From positions 2,542,001 to 2,606,000 of the forward strand of contig NW_027362982.1 of assembly GCF_046119375.1 (NCBI RefSeq): a DNA stretch of 64,000 nucleotides, written 5' to 3'. Source of the DNA: Phyllobates terribilis (lineage: Eukaryota). The position numbers and the translations under genes were made by a program. The notes below the pieces were generated by a model. The model was given only the letters and a program-made list of their open reading frames with translations. It was not told where the DNA came from and made no database searches. Numbering within the stretch: position 1 is the first letter of the stretch; each line of letters begins with the position of its first letter. Positions 1-14,745 of the stretch are shown piece by piece.

Positions 1-370
1 GTCCCCTCATCCCCAATCCTGGTATGTATGGTCCCCTCATCCCCAATCCTGGTATGTATGGTCCCCTCATCCCCAATCCTGGTATGTATGGTCCCCTCAT
101 CCCCAATCCTGGTATGTATGGCCCCCTCATCCCCCAATCTTGGTATACATGGCACCCGTCATCCCCAATCCTGGTATGTATGGCCCCCGCATCCCCAATC
201 CTGGTATGCATCATCCCCTCATCTCCCATCCTGGTATGTATGGCACCTTCATCTCCAATCCTAGTATGCATGGTCCCCTCATACCCCAATCCTGGTATGT
301 ATGGCATCTTCATCTCCAATCCTGGTATGCATGGCACCCCTCATCCTCGAATCCTGGTATGTATGGCCCT
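1..370. repeat. 30-bp minisatellite (GTCCCCTCATCCCCAATCCTGGTATGTATG)n
   Basis: Near-perfect units over 1-120, then decaying copies; explains the repetitive ORFs 24..497, 28..264 and 140..433. Confidence 0.95.
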
Positions 371-767
371 CTCTTCCACTTATACTCACCTTCCTTCCTC
401 CCCTCTGCTCCAGCGGTGCTGTGTCCTGTCTGACAGCAGCTCATGTCAGCATCTGAGCAGTGCATGGCATCACAGCCATGTGCTGCTCAGACGCTGATGT
501 GAGCTGCCGGCATATTCATTCCTCTCCACGCATGGGCATGGAGAAGAGAGAATATTCATTTCCCTTTATCAGCGGACACACGCGGCTACAGCTTGTGCTC
601 TGTTCCTCCGCTGCCGCAACCCCCCTCCGTCACCGCAACACCCCCCTACCACTATCCACCAACGGAATTGCCATCTACTCGGGTATATACCCAAGTATTA
701 GCCGAGGGGGGCTTTTTCAGCACAAAAAGTGTGCTGAAAAGCTTGGCTTATACTCGAGTATATACGG
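1..767. mobile_element. Tc2/pogo-type non-autonomous DNA transposon (MITE), right part; left end lies outside the window
   Basis: Ends in ...GGCTTATACTCGAGTATATACGG followed by TA (768-769); reverse complement starts CCGTATATACTCGAG, a Tc2-like CCGTA terminus. Confidence 0.7.
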
Positions 768-773
768 TACATA

Positions 774-1891
774 CAGGTGCATCTTACTAAATTAGAATGT
801 CATCAAAAAGTTAATTTATTTCAGTTCTTGTTTCAGTGTTTATTTCTGTTAATGTTGATGATTATGGCTTACAGCCAATGAAAGCACAAAAGTCATTATC
901 TCAGTAAATTAAAACAATTAACAAAAAACACCTGCAAAGGTTTCCTAAGCATTTTAAAAGGTCCCTTAGTCTGTTTCAGTAGGCTCCACAATCATGGGGA
1001 AGACTGCTAATTCGACAGATGTCCAGAAGGCAGTCATTGACACACAGCACAAGGTCCCAGAGTTCCACTTTTCATTTGGAAATCAAGGTCCCAGAGTCTG
1101 GAGTAAGAGTGGAGAGGCACACAATCCAAGCTGTTTGAGGTCTAGTGTGAAGTTTCCACAATCAGTTATGGTTTGTGGAGCCATGTCATCTGCTGGTGTT
1201 GGTCCACTGTCTTTTATCAAGACCAAAGTCAGCACAGCCGTCTACCAGGAAATTTTAGAGCACTTCATGCTTCCCTCTGCCGACAAGCTTTTTGGAGATG
1301 GAAATTTCATTCTCCAGCAGGATTTTGCACTTGTCCACCCTGCCAAAAGTACTAATACCTGGTTTATAAATAACAGTATCACTGTGCTTAATTGGCCAGC
1401 AAACTCGCCCGACCTAAACCCCATAGAGAATCTATGTGGTATTGTCAAGAGGAAGAAGAGAGACACCAGACCCAACAATGCAGAAGAGCTGAAAGCGGCT
1501 GTCAAAGCAACCTGGGCTTCCATAACACCTCAGCAGTGCCACAGGCTGATCTCCTCCATGCCACGCCACATTGATGCAGTACTTGATGCAAAAGGAGCCC
1601 TAAACAAGTATTGAGTGCATTTACTGAAGATACATTTCAGTAGGCCAACATTTTGGATTTTAAAAACATTTTTCAAGCTGTTGTTATAAAATATTCTAAT
1701 TTACTGAGATAATGACTTTTGTGTTTTCATTTGCTGTAAGCCATAATCATCAACATTAACAGAAATAAACACTTGAAATAGATCACTCTGTTTGTAATGA
1801 CTCTATATAACATATGAGTTTCACTTATTGTATTGAAGAACTGAAATAAATTAACTTTTTGATGATATTCTAATTTAGTGAGATGCACCTG
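774..1891 (+). mobile_element. Tc1-like element T1, internally deleted, long TIRs, TA TSD
   Basis: CAGGTGCATCT...AGATGCACCTG termini flanked by TA (772-773, 1892-1893); ORF 994..1614 joins the transposase N-terminus directly to the catalytic region (LQQD...[14 protein letters not shown]). Confidence 0.92.
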
Positions 1892-1893
1892 TA

Positions 1894-4488
<2,595 letters not shown>

Positions 4489-6132
4489 TATAATGAATAT
4501 AATTTCTCTGGTTACCTAGTTAGACTACCTATCTCACCCTATCCCGATCTATGTATATGCATACGGATATTGAAGATAGAAAGATGTAGGGAGTAAATAA
4601 CATGGAAAATGCATTTAGTTAACATATAGATAATAGATAGCTAGATATGTAGAGATAGATATAATTTCTAGTATCTATCTCCGAGGAGTTTGTGAGTTGT
4701 TTAAATACCACCATTCTGATGGAAAAAAAGCATATACATAAAAAGGGGGGCCATTGCGAAATTTGGTAAATAGTGTGGACACTGGATTAAATGCCCAGCG
4801 GTAGTGTTGGAGGTATTAGCAAGAGATGTCATATTTAACTTACTTCTCCTTTAAAAACGAACCAATATTTCAGATCTGAAACACCTTACTGTATGTTCCT
4901 CATGTTTAAACTGTTGTCTAGTTATTGTACTCGATATATTAAAATGTGAGTTCAGATAAGTGAGAGGGAAGGGTGTGAGGAATCCTATGACAGGCATTGT
5001 ATTCCTGTCATAAACAATGATTGATACAAAATTGTACTCAATTTGTTGGGATTATATAATATGATTATTTTTATCAACCAATTTGTAAGATGTAAAAGTT
5101 TGCCCAATAAAAATGTTTTTGATAAATTAAAAAAACGCAAATCTGATTTTGTCCCCACAGGCGTCATTTTTGTATCATCGGCGTCTCTGCATCCTGATAG
5201 GCAGAGACGCCGCCCCCCTTACCACTGCGCTCCTGGCCCAGCGTCTTCCTGCTCCCCTGCTGCTGCTGTCGGCGCGCGCAGCTTCCTGGGCACTGTGCTT
5301 AGGGCGCGTGCACTTCCTCCCTCTTAAAGGGGCCGAGTGCCTTTCTAAAGAGTCCCCGGCCAATGATCGAAGGACCTCTCATATATAAGGCACCTCCTCC
5401 AAAATGGAGGTGCCGGTGCAAGGTTGTTGCTCTGTGTACTAAACTCTGCTTCAACCCTCAGGTCCCACTGCCAGTCTGACTACCAGTCCAGTCCGCTAGC
5501 CTGACTACCAGTCCAGCCCGACAGTCTGCCTACAGCCCAGTCCGCCAGTCTGTCTATGGGCTTGGCCAGTCCACTTATACGGAGCCTTTACCTGCTACCT
5601 GTCTCCGCCAGCTAGTATACACTCCAGCCCAACAGTCTGCCTACGGTCCAACCCGCCAGTCTGTCTATGGGCTTGGCCAGTCTGTTTACCCGGAGAACTT
5701 ACCAGTAACCTGTGGTGCCTGCCAGCCAGCCTACCTGGAGGCTCCTGCCTGTTACCTGTTGTGCCCACGAGCCTGCCTACCTGGAGGCTCCTGCCTGTTA
5801 CCTGCCGTGCCTACCAGCCTGTCTACCTGGAGGCTCCTGCCTGTTACCCGTGGTGTCAGCCAGTTCGTCTATCCGGACCACCCATCAGCCTGCCTGCCGT
5901 ACTCATCTGCTGTACCTGTCAGTCCCTGCCATCTGACCGTGGGAGTCACCTGCTCTCATACAAGGTCTGGCCCAGAGTGGCACCTGGTCCCTCTGCTTGG
6001 TCCCTCCCTGGTTCACGGAGTCGATTGAGCTGCCGTGCGACCTTGGTCAGTCCGAGTTGATACTTAGTTACGCCCCTCTGGTCCCTCCTTGCACCGCAGC
6101 ACAGAGGTTCCACCATCCGGATCCGTAACAGT

Positions 6133-6142
6133 TTGCACGGGC
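6133..6142 (+). promoter_or_regulatory. Non-tRNA primer-binding site of G1 (TTGCACGGGC)
   Basis: Lies 2 nt after the 5' LTR; exact complement of GCCCGTGCAA at 10390-10399, which is 30 nt after the LTR TATA. Confidence 0.75.
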
Positions 6143-6143
6143 C

Positions 6144-7073
6144 ATGGAACCCGGTGGCCCCCAGGCCCCCGCGCTCTCTGACCTGCACCAGGAGGTCTCA
6201 CGTCAGAGAGCTCAACAGGAGACTATCCTGTCTTTTCTACCAACTGTCAACTCACGCCTGGACACGCTGTCCACCCCATCTATGTCCGTCTCTAGCCGAG
6301 TGGCACCCGCTCCGGCGGCACCTCATACCAGTGGCGCTATGGCGTCCGGCTATGGACCCCGGCTCTTGGCACCTCCACGGTTTGCTGGTGACTCCGCCTT
6401 AGCTTGGGGCTTCATAAACCAATGCACCCTGCACTTCGAGCTCCTGCTGCACCAGTTCATTTCCGACCGGGCCAAGGTGGCCTTCAACATGTCTCACCTC
6501 ACTGGAGAAGCACTGGCTTGGCTAAACCCCCAGTGAGAGAAAGGGGACCCCCAGGAGTCTGATCGACCGGATTTCCTTGCTGCCTTCCGGAAGGTCTTCG
6601 ATGAACCAGGACGAAAATCCTCTACTGCCTCCGCTCTTCTCCGTCTCCGTCAAGGGAGTCTCACCGTGGGTCAGTATGCCATACGTTTCCGGACCCTTGC
6701 ATCGGAACTTGCTTGGAACAACGAGCCCCTGGTGTCCGTCTTCTGGGAAGGTCTCTCCGGACGGATTAAGGATGAGCTAGCCAGTCGGGACATTCCTTCC
6801 ACCCTGGACGACCTAGTGTCATTGGCTACCCGGATTGACATCCGTTTTCAGGAACGTGCCAAGGAGACAACCCGGGAGAGAAGCTTTCCATGTCTCGTGC
6901 CAACTTTCCTGAAGCCAGTACCGCAACCAATAATTCCCCGGACACGCTCGCCCGAACCCATGCAAGTGGACCAAACCAAGATGGCCAAGTCTCGAATGGA
7001 GATACGCCGAGTGGAGAGGAGTTGCTTCTATTGCGGCAGTAAAGAGCCGGTAATATCATTTCCCAGGCGATAG
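6144..7073 (+). pseudogene. G1 gag (retrotransposon Gag domain), in-frame stop at 6534-6536
   Basis: LLAPPRFAGD...AKVAFNMSHLTGEALAW, QYAIRFRTLASEL, PEPMQVD, truncated knuckle CFYCG; 6144 and 6666 are in the same frame. Confidence 0.88.
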
Positions 7074-7089
7074 TAGAGTGGTTCCAGAT

Positions 7090-10000
7090 TCCTACCATGT
7101 CTGGCTGAACCATTGTCGGTCGCCTCTGTGGATATTAGGCTTCTTCCAGTGAACATCCTGCTCGTCACAGAGCCTGTAACTCTTCAGGTGGGAATGCTGC
7201 ACTCGGAGAAGATCTACTTTCACGTGCTGTCCAGTCTCTCCTACCCTCTCTTGCTTGGTCTGCCCTGGTTACAGAAACATGAACCCGTCCTGGATTGGAG
7301 CTCCGATAAAGTGCTCCGTTGGGTGACGGATGCCATGAGTCCTGCCTGATTCCGATTCGTCCAGCCCGGCCTTTGTCTACTCCGGCTAACCTACCTGGTC
7401 TACCGGCACCTTACTGGTCCTATGCAGATGTCTTCGATAAGAAGGTGGCAGAGACACTACCACCTCATAGACCGTACGATTGCCCCATCGACCTGGTACC
7501 TGTTGCTACTCCACCGCGTGGGCGTATCTACCCCTTGTCGCTGGCCGAGACTCGGGCCATGTCTGAGTATATCGAAGAAAATCTTACTAGGGGATTAATC
7601 CAGAAATCTACCTCCCCGGCTGGAGCAGTATTCTTCTTTGTAAAGAAGAAAGATGGTTCACTGCTCCCCTGTATCGATTATAGGGGACTCAACCAGATTA
7701 CCATCAAAAACAAATAACCCCTGTCGCTCATTTCTGAGCTGTTCGACCGCCTTAAAGGCGCAAAGATCTTCACCAAGCTCGATCTTCGTGGTGCGTACAA
7801 CTTGATCCGGATCTGCCAGGGAGACTAGTGGAAGACGGCATTCAATACCCGGGACGGCCACTACGAATACCGTGTGATGCCCTTCGACCTCAGTAATGCT
7901 CCAGCCATCTTCCAAGAGCTAGTTAACGACATCTTCCGTGACCTCTTATATTCATGCGTGGTGGTGTACCTGGGCGACATCTTGGTCTTCTCTCCGGATC
8001 TGCCCACACACCGGAGGGATGTTCGTCAGGTTCTGCTTAGGCTCAGGCAGAATCACCTATGCGCAAAATTTGAGAAATGCCTCTTCAAGCAGACCTCTCT
8101 TCCGTTCCTGGGCTATATTATCTCTAAGACTGGTCTACGGATGGACCCCGAGAAGGTCTCTACCGTCTCAAAGTGGCCCCGGCCGGAGGGGTTGAAGGCG
8201 ATTCAGCGATTCCTGGGCTTCGCTAACTATTACCGCCTCTTCATCCCACATTTCTATTCCCGGACTGCACCCATCTCTGCACTCACCCGTAAGGGAGCAA
8301 ATCCTAAGGAATGGACGTCCGAAGCGGAGGAGGCCTTCCTCTCCTTAAAACAAGCCTTCTCTTCTGCCCCGGTGCTGCACCGTCCGGATTGCAAGAAACA
8401 GTTCTTTCTGGAGGTGGATACTTCCTCTTCCGGAGCTGGAGCGGTGAGAATGGTAACCTGCAGCTTCTTCTCCAAGCTCTTCTCCTCGTCCGAGCGCAAC
8501 TACTCCATATGAGACCGAGAACTGCTAGCCATCAAACTGGCGCTGGAGGAGTGGCATTACCTGCTAGAGGGGGCTCTGCACCCGGTGGTCATCTACACTG
8601 ATCACAAAAACCTGGCCTATTTACAAAACGCTCAAAGACTCAATCCGCGTCAGGCCCGGTGGTCTCTGTTCTTTGCCCGTTTCAGCTTTACCCTACATTA
8701 CCACCCTGCGGACAAGAACGTTAAAGCCGATGCTTTATCCCTATCTTCCCTGTCCTCCGATCAAGAGGAGGAGCCTATGTATATCATCGATCCTTCCAAA
8801 GTGATGAATGTGGCTCCGTTGGACCTGTCTCGTCTTCCATCCGGTAAGACGTTTGTAGCGGTTCCGGATCGTGAAAAGGTTCTTCACTGGGGCCATTCAT
8901 CTAAACTAGCTGGCCAGAGGAAGACCTTCCTGCTCATTACCCGGCATTACTGGTGGCCTTTCCTGCGCAAGGAGGTTGGAGACTTCATCACGGCCTGTTC
9001 ATCCTGTGCCCGCAACAATGTTCCCAGACATCTTCCAGCCGGCCGTCTCCTGCCTCTTCCCGTACCTGCTGCCCCGTGGCAACACAATGCTATGGACTTT
9101 ATTACGGATCTCCCTGTTTCTGCCGGTTGTGCTATCATTTGGGTGGTCGCTGACCGCTTTTCTAAAATGGCGCACTTTATCCCTCTGCCTGGTCTCCCGT
9201 CTGCATCTGTGCTGGCTAAGGACTTCATCCATCACATCTTTCGTCTCCACGGCCTACCCCTCCACATTGTGTCTGATCGCGGGGTCCAGTTCACTTTGCG
9301 CTTCTGGAGAGCTACGTGCAAGCTGCTGGATGTCTCCCTGGATTTCTCCTCTGCTTATTATCCTCAGTCCAATGGCCAAGTGGAACGTATCAACCAGATC
9401 CTTACCAGCTTCCTCCGGCACTTCGTCAACGCTCACCATACCGATTGGGTAGAGCTTCTACCATGGGCCAAGTTCTCCTATAACAACCATGAGAGCGAAT
9501 CTTCTTCTAAGTCCCATTCTTTGTGGTCTACGGTCAACACCCCCGGATTCCGTTTCCCGTCTCAGCTTCAGTGGACAATCCTGCCGCGGAGTCTCTGGTC
9601 AACGAATTTTCTACCATTTGGGAGGACACTAGATCCGCAATTCTTCAATCCTCCGAGCGGATGAAGAGACATGCCGATAAGAGATGTCTGGATCCGCCTC
9701 AATTCCGTCCGGGAGACAAGGTTTGGCTCTCATCCAAACATGTTAGTCTCAAAATACCCTCATATAAGATGGGTCCGCGGTTCATCGGTCCGTTTGAAGT
9801 CCTCAAGCAAATCAATCCAGTGGCCTGCAAGTTAAAACTCCCAGCCACCTTACGGATCCCCAACTCCTTCCACATATCTCTCCTCAAAGCAGTTGTTCTT
9901 AATTCTTTTTCAGACGATCCAGGTACCACCCCAGCTGCGGTCTCCGCTGAGGACGTCTATGAGGTAGAGAACATTCTGGCCACCAAAAGGGTAAGAGGAA

Positions 10001-10303
10001 AAACCTTTTTTCTGGTGGATTGGAAGAGGTTTGGCCCAGAGGAGAGGAACTTGGGACCCCAGGGAGAACATCCACGCCCCTCTTCTTCTTAAAGAATTTC
10101 TTACAGGCCTAAAAAAGAGGGGGCGTAAAGGAGGAGGGTGCTGTAGCATCAGCGTCTCTGCCCCCAGACAGATAGAGACGCCATCCCACCTTACCGCCGC
10201 GCTCCTGGCCCGGCATCTTCCTGCTCCCCTGCTGCTGCTGTCGGCGGGCGCCTCTTTCCGGGCACTGTGCTTAGGGAGCACGTGCGCGCTTCCTCCCTCT
10301 TAA
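7090..10303 (+). pseudogene. G1 pol remnants: RT, RNase H, integrase, C-terminal chromodomain; frameshifted
   Basis: VVYLGDILVFS (decayed YLDD), IQRFLGFANYY, YTDHKNL, VSDRGVQF/QSNGQVER, YEVENILATKRVRGKTFFLVDWKRFGPEE. Confidence 0.93.
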
Positions 10304-11698
10304 GGGGGCCGCGCGCGCCGCTCTAAAGAGTCCCCGGCCAATGACCGAAGGACCTCTCATATATAAGGCACCTCCTCCAAAATGGAGATGCCCGTGCAAG
10401 GTTGTTGCTCTGTGTACTAAACTCTGCTTCAGCCTTCAGGTCCCGCTGCCAGTCTGACTACCAGTCCAGTCTGCCAGCCTGACTACCAGTCCAGCCCGAC
10501 AGTCTGCTTAAAGCCCAGTCCGCCAGTCTGTCTATGAGCTTGGCCAGTCCGCTTACCCGGAGCCTTTACCTGCTACCTGTCTCCGCCAGCCAGTACACAC
10601 TCCAGCCCGACAGTCTGCCTACGGTCCAACCCACCAGTCTGTCTATGGTCTTGGCCAGTCTGCTTACCCGGAGTACTTACCAGTAACCTGTGGTGCCTGT
10701 CAGCCACCCTACCTGGAGGCTCCTGCCTGTTAAATGTCGTGCCCACGAGCGTGCCTACCTGGAGGCTCCTGCCTGTTACCTACCATGCCTACCAGCCTGT
10801 CTACCTGGCAGCTCCTGCCAGTTACCCGTGGTGTCCGCCAGTCCGTCTACCCGGACCATCCGTCAGCCTGCCTGCCGTACTCATCTGCTGTACCTGTCAG
10901 TCCCTGCCATCTGACCGTGGGAGTCACCTGCTCTCATACAAGGTCTGGCCCAGAGTGGCACCTGGTCCCTCTGCTCGGTCCCTCCCTGGTTCACGGAGTC
11001 GACAGCACAGAATGACTGTCCAAACTAAATCCTGCAGCTCAGTGCTACACGGCGGAGCCAAACATTTAAATACACCTTCCCACCTGCTTGTTTTCTCTCA
11101 ATATCCAGCCTCATGTTCTTTGATTCACAACTCTGGCATCGTAGATTCAGAGAAGGATTAAAATAGAGGAGCAGGTGAAAAGGTGCACTGAACTGATAGG
11201 CCACGCCAAGGGTACAGCAAGCGCCTCTACTTCGTTTGAACAGTCATGCTGTGTTGACAGAGTCACTTTAAAAAAAGACGTTTTTGCTTCTTAAAAACCT
11301 ACTCCACAGCTGCAGTTTAAAAAATACTAAATGAATCTCTGACACTGCTCTCGGTGTTTGTTATTGTCTACAATGCTGACATGACGCCAACAGCACAGCA
11401 GTCAACTGAGCCAGCGAATCCGCCTCGAGTTGACCGAGATCAACAGTGGAGCTTCAATGCGGGGAGTCAGAGAAAGGCGAGTAAAGGACAGGCTTTTTAA
11501 CAGACTGCAGACACTGGACAAAAGGTTTTCCAAAACTCAAAAAATGTCTTAACATGACAATGACATTTAAGGGGTTAATAGCACAGCTTTTTAATGGATT
11601 AAAGGTGCGAGAAAAATCAGCCCCCCACCCACTCTGAAGGACCTGCCACCATCATCTTCTACTTCATATAGTCAAAAGGTAATAAAAGTTAATACACA

Positions 11699-13383
11699 CA
11701 GGTGCATCTCACTAAATTAGAATATCAAAAAGTTAATTTATTTCAGTTCTTCAATGCAAAAAGTGAAACTCATTATATAGAGTCTTTACAAATAGAGTGA
11801 GCTATTTCAAGAGTTTATTCCTGTTAATGTTGATGATTATGGCTTACAGCCAATGAAAACACAAAAGTCATTATCTCAGTAAATTAGAATACTTTATAAC
11901 AACAGCTTGAAAAATGATTTTAAAATCCGAAATGTTGGCCTACTGAAATGTATGTTCAGTAAATGCACTCAATACTTGGTCGGGGCTCCTTTTACATCAA
12001 TGCAGTGTGGCATGGAGGTGATCAGCCTGTGGTACTGCTGAGGTGTTATGGAAGCCCAGGTTGCTTTGATAGCAGCCTTCAGCTCGTCTTCATTTTTGAG
12101 TCTGGTGTCTCATCTTCCTCTTGACATTACCCCATAGATTCTCTATGGGGTTAAGGTCAGGCGAGTTTGAAGGCCAATCAAGCACTGTGATACTGTTGTT
12201 TTTAAACCAGGTATTGGTACTTTAGGCAGTTTGGACAGGTGCCAAGTCCTGCTGGAGAATGAAATTTCCATCTCCAAAAAGCTTGTCGGCAGAGGGAAGC
12301 ATGAAGTGCTCTAAAATTTCTTCGTAGACGGCTGCGCTGACTTTGGTCTTGATTAAACAGTTTGTGGAAACTTCACACTAGACCTCAAGCAGCTTGGATT
12401 GTGTACCTCTCCACTCTTCCTCCAGACTCTGGGACCTTGATTTCCAAATGAATATTGGAACTCTGGGACCTTGTGGAGTGTGTCAATGACTGCCTTCTGG
12501 ACATGATTGTGGAGCCTACTAAAACAGACTAAGGGACCTTTTTAGATGCTTAGGAAGCCTTTGCAGGTGTTTTTGTTAATTATTTTAATTTATTGAGATG
12601 ACTTGTGTTTTCATTGGCTGTAAGCCATAATCAACATTAACAGAAAAACACTTGAAATAGATCACTGTTTGTAATGACTCTATATCAGACCTGGGCAAAG
12701 TGCAGCCCGCGGGCAACATCTGGCTGTTCAGTCCGGCCCGCAGACTGAGAGCTGAAGGACTAAAGCAGTGGCCCATGGACCGCACCATACCTGCCCCCTG
12801 CTGTCACCGCCGCCTGACCGTGTCTTCATGTGCGCACCGCTGAGTGCATTGGTATAGGAGGGGCCTCCAGCCCCTTCCCCCGCCAATCAGCATGTGAAGC
12901 AGCTGACGCGATGACATCATTGCAGGAGGAGAGGCACAGCACCGGGGGAATGGGAGCAAGGTGAATGTGTTTTCTTAATGTATATGGGATGTTTGGCAGG
13001 ACATGGGCAGGCTATGGGGGGTCTGCTGCAGGACATGGGCAGGCTATGAGGGTCTGTTGCTGGACGTGGGGAGGCTATGGGGCTCATACGGTATATAGAA
13101 GGGGTTGTATTCGTGTTCAAACGGTATATAATGGGATGTCAGCATACTTCTGCTCAATATTAAGTCATGCAATTAATATTAATCTAATAATTATAACTAA
13201 TATATTGATATGAAGCAAAATTAATTTCAGCCTATTGGTTCGGCCCTCCACAACCATCAGTCTTATGTGGCCCCTCGGGAAAATGAATTGCCCACCCCTG
13301 CTTTATATGGTATATGAGTTTCACTTTTTTTCATTGAAGAACTGAAATAAATTAACTTTTTGTTGATATTCTAAATTTATTGA
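11699..13383 (-). mobile_element. Tc1-like element T3, same deleted subfamily as T1, right end truncated
   Basis: CAGGTGCATCTC terminus; reverse complement matches T1 including the deletion junction. Confidence 0.88.
12686..13300. mobile_element. hAT-type non-autonomous element inserted in the T3 TIR
   Basis: TIRs CAGACCTGGGCAA / TTGCCCACCCCTG; 8-bp TSD CTCTATAT/CTTTATAT; T1 shows the empty site. Confidence 0.88.
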
Positions 13384-13400
13384 GAAAAAAATAAACAAAT

Positions 13401-13996
13401 AAGAAAGGGAAAAGAAGGGAAAAGGGTGTGAGTAAAAGTGAAATTCTTCATTAAATATTAATATTAAAAGCTAGTAAATCATACATCCCATTAGGGATGT
13501 ATAATGGATCATGATTATATAAATGGCGTCATGATCCACTAAATTCCTGATAGAGTCAGACAGTAAATCAAATTATTAGTAAAATAAGCCCCTAGCCAAT
13601 GTCCCTTATAATTGATGGCTGGGTTTATGCTTACATATTAGATGCCATAGATTATATCAAAAGTGTGCTGAATTGTACTAGTATCCTCAGCCAGGAGAGA
13701 TTTTATTAAATAAAGGCTCATATGGCCAGTGTGAATTCAATGGTAAAAAATTATCCTAGCCCATTGGATACACTCCCCATATTATATAAGGTGACATCAA
13801 AAGTGTGGCAGGTCTAGTAGATATAAGTGTAATGGGCCCTTGTACAGAGGTTATCAGGGCACTGATCAGGGAATTTAGTGGATCATGATCCATTATACAT
13901 CCCTAATGGGATGTATGATTTACTAGGTTTTAATATTATTATTTAATAAAGAATTTCACTTTTACTCACACCCTTTTCCCTTCTTTTCCCTTTCTT
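13401..13996. repeat. Long inverted repeat, arms about 13401-13552 and 13865-13996
   Basis: Arms are reverse complements with few mismatches and one 20-nt indel. Confidence 0.9.
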
Positions 13997-14745
13997 TTCC
14001 CTTTTGGTGGTGTTCACCTTTGAGTGCTGTCTGATGAGATCAGACAATACTTTGATTATAAATTGATTGAGATACACCTGTAGTTGGCTTCTTTTTTTGC
14101 AGCTATAACAGCCTCCATTGTCTGTGAAGGCTTTCTACAAGATGGTAAAGTGACTATGGAAATTTGTGGCCAATACACCATTTGTGAGGTCAGGCGCTGA
14201 TGACTGATGGGATGTTTTGGTTTGTCGGTGCTGTGCCAATGCTTCACTTAGTTGATTGATAAGTTTTGAGTACAGGAATTTGAGTTGTTTGCACAAAGCC
14301 TTGACCTCAATCTATGTCATTTTGGACCTTGGTTTTGGCACAAAGCTACAGACATCTTCAAACTTATATTGAAAATTCTGTAAAATGCAACTGTACCTTT
14401 CACTGGAAATAAAGGGAGTCCAGCCCAAACCCTGAAAAGTACCCAAATCATATTATACCTAGTCTCTCAAATTTGACAGTAGCCAGTAAAAGGTTTAAGT
14501 ATGTGATGTGCGCCAGGATTCGTCCATCAGACTGGCTTATAGTAACACGATTTATCTCTTCAGAGGAAGTTTCCACTGTTTGAGCTGTCATGCTTCTACA
14601 CCACTCCAGCTGCCGCATGGGTGTAGCTCATAAAATCCTTCTAGGATCTATATTAAGTTGTTATCTTGACCAGTTTAGAAAATAACCAGCTCTTAAGAAT
14701 CTACATCTCCTCCAAAATTGTTTCCCTTTATTCTGCACCAATTTT

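Larger units (their letters stand above)
5171..11011 (+). mobile_element. Gypsy chromovirus G1 (sushi-like), disabled; 5' LTR 5171-6130, 3' LTR 10142-11011 (3'-truncated)
   Basis: Two near-identical direct repeats; CCAAT and TATA (5382, 10360); polypurine tract before 10142; gag and pol remnants with a chromodomain. Confidence 0.95.

Noticed and set aside
24-497. MYGPLIPNPG repeat protein
   Set aside because: It is a translation of the 30-bp minisatellite within a MITE.
14025-14050. CTGATGA as a hammerhead ribozyme core
   Set aside because: There is no stem II/GAAA partner; it is part of a short palindrome (TGTCTGA...TCAGACA).
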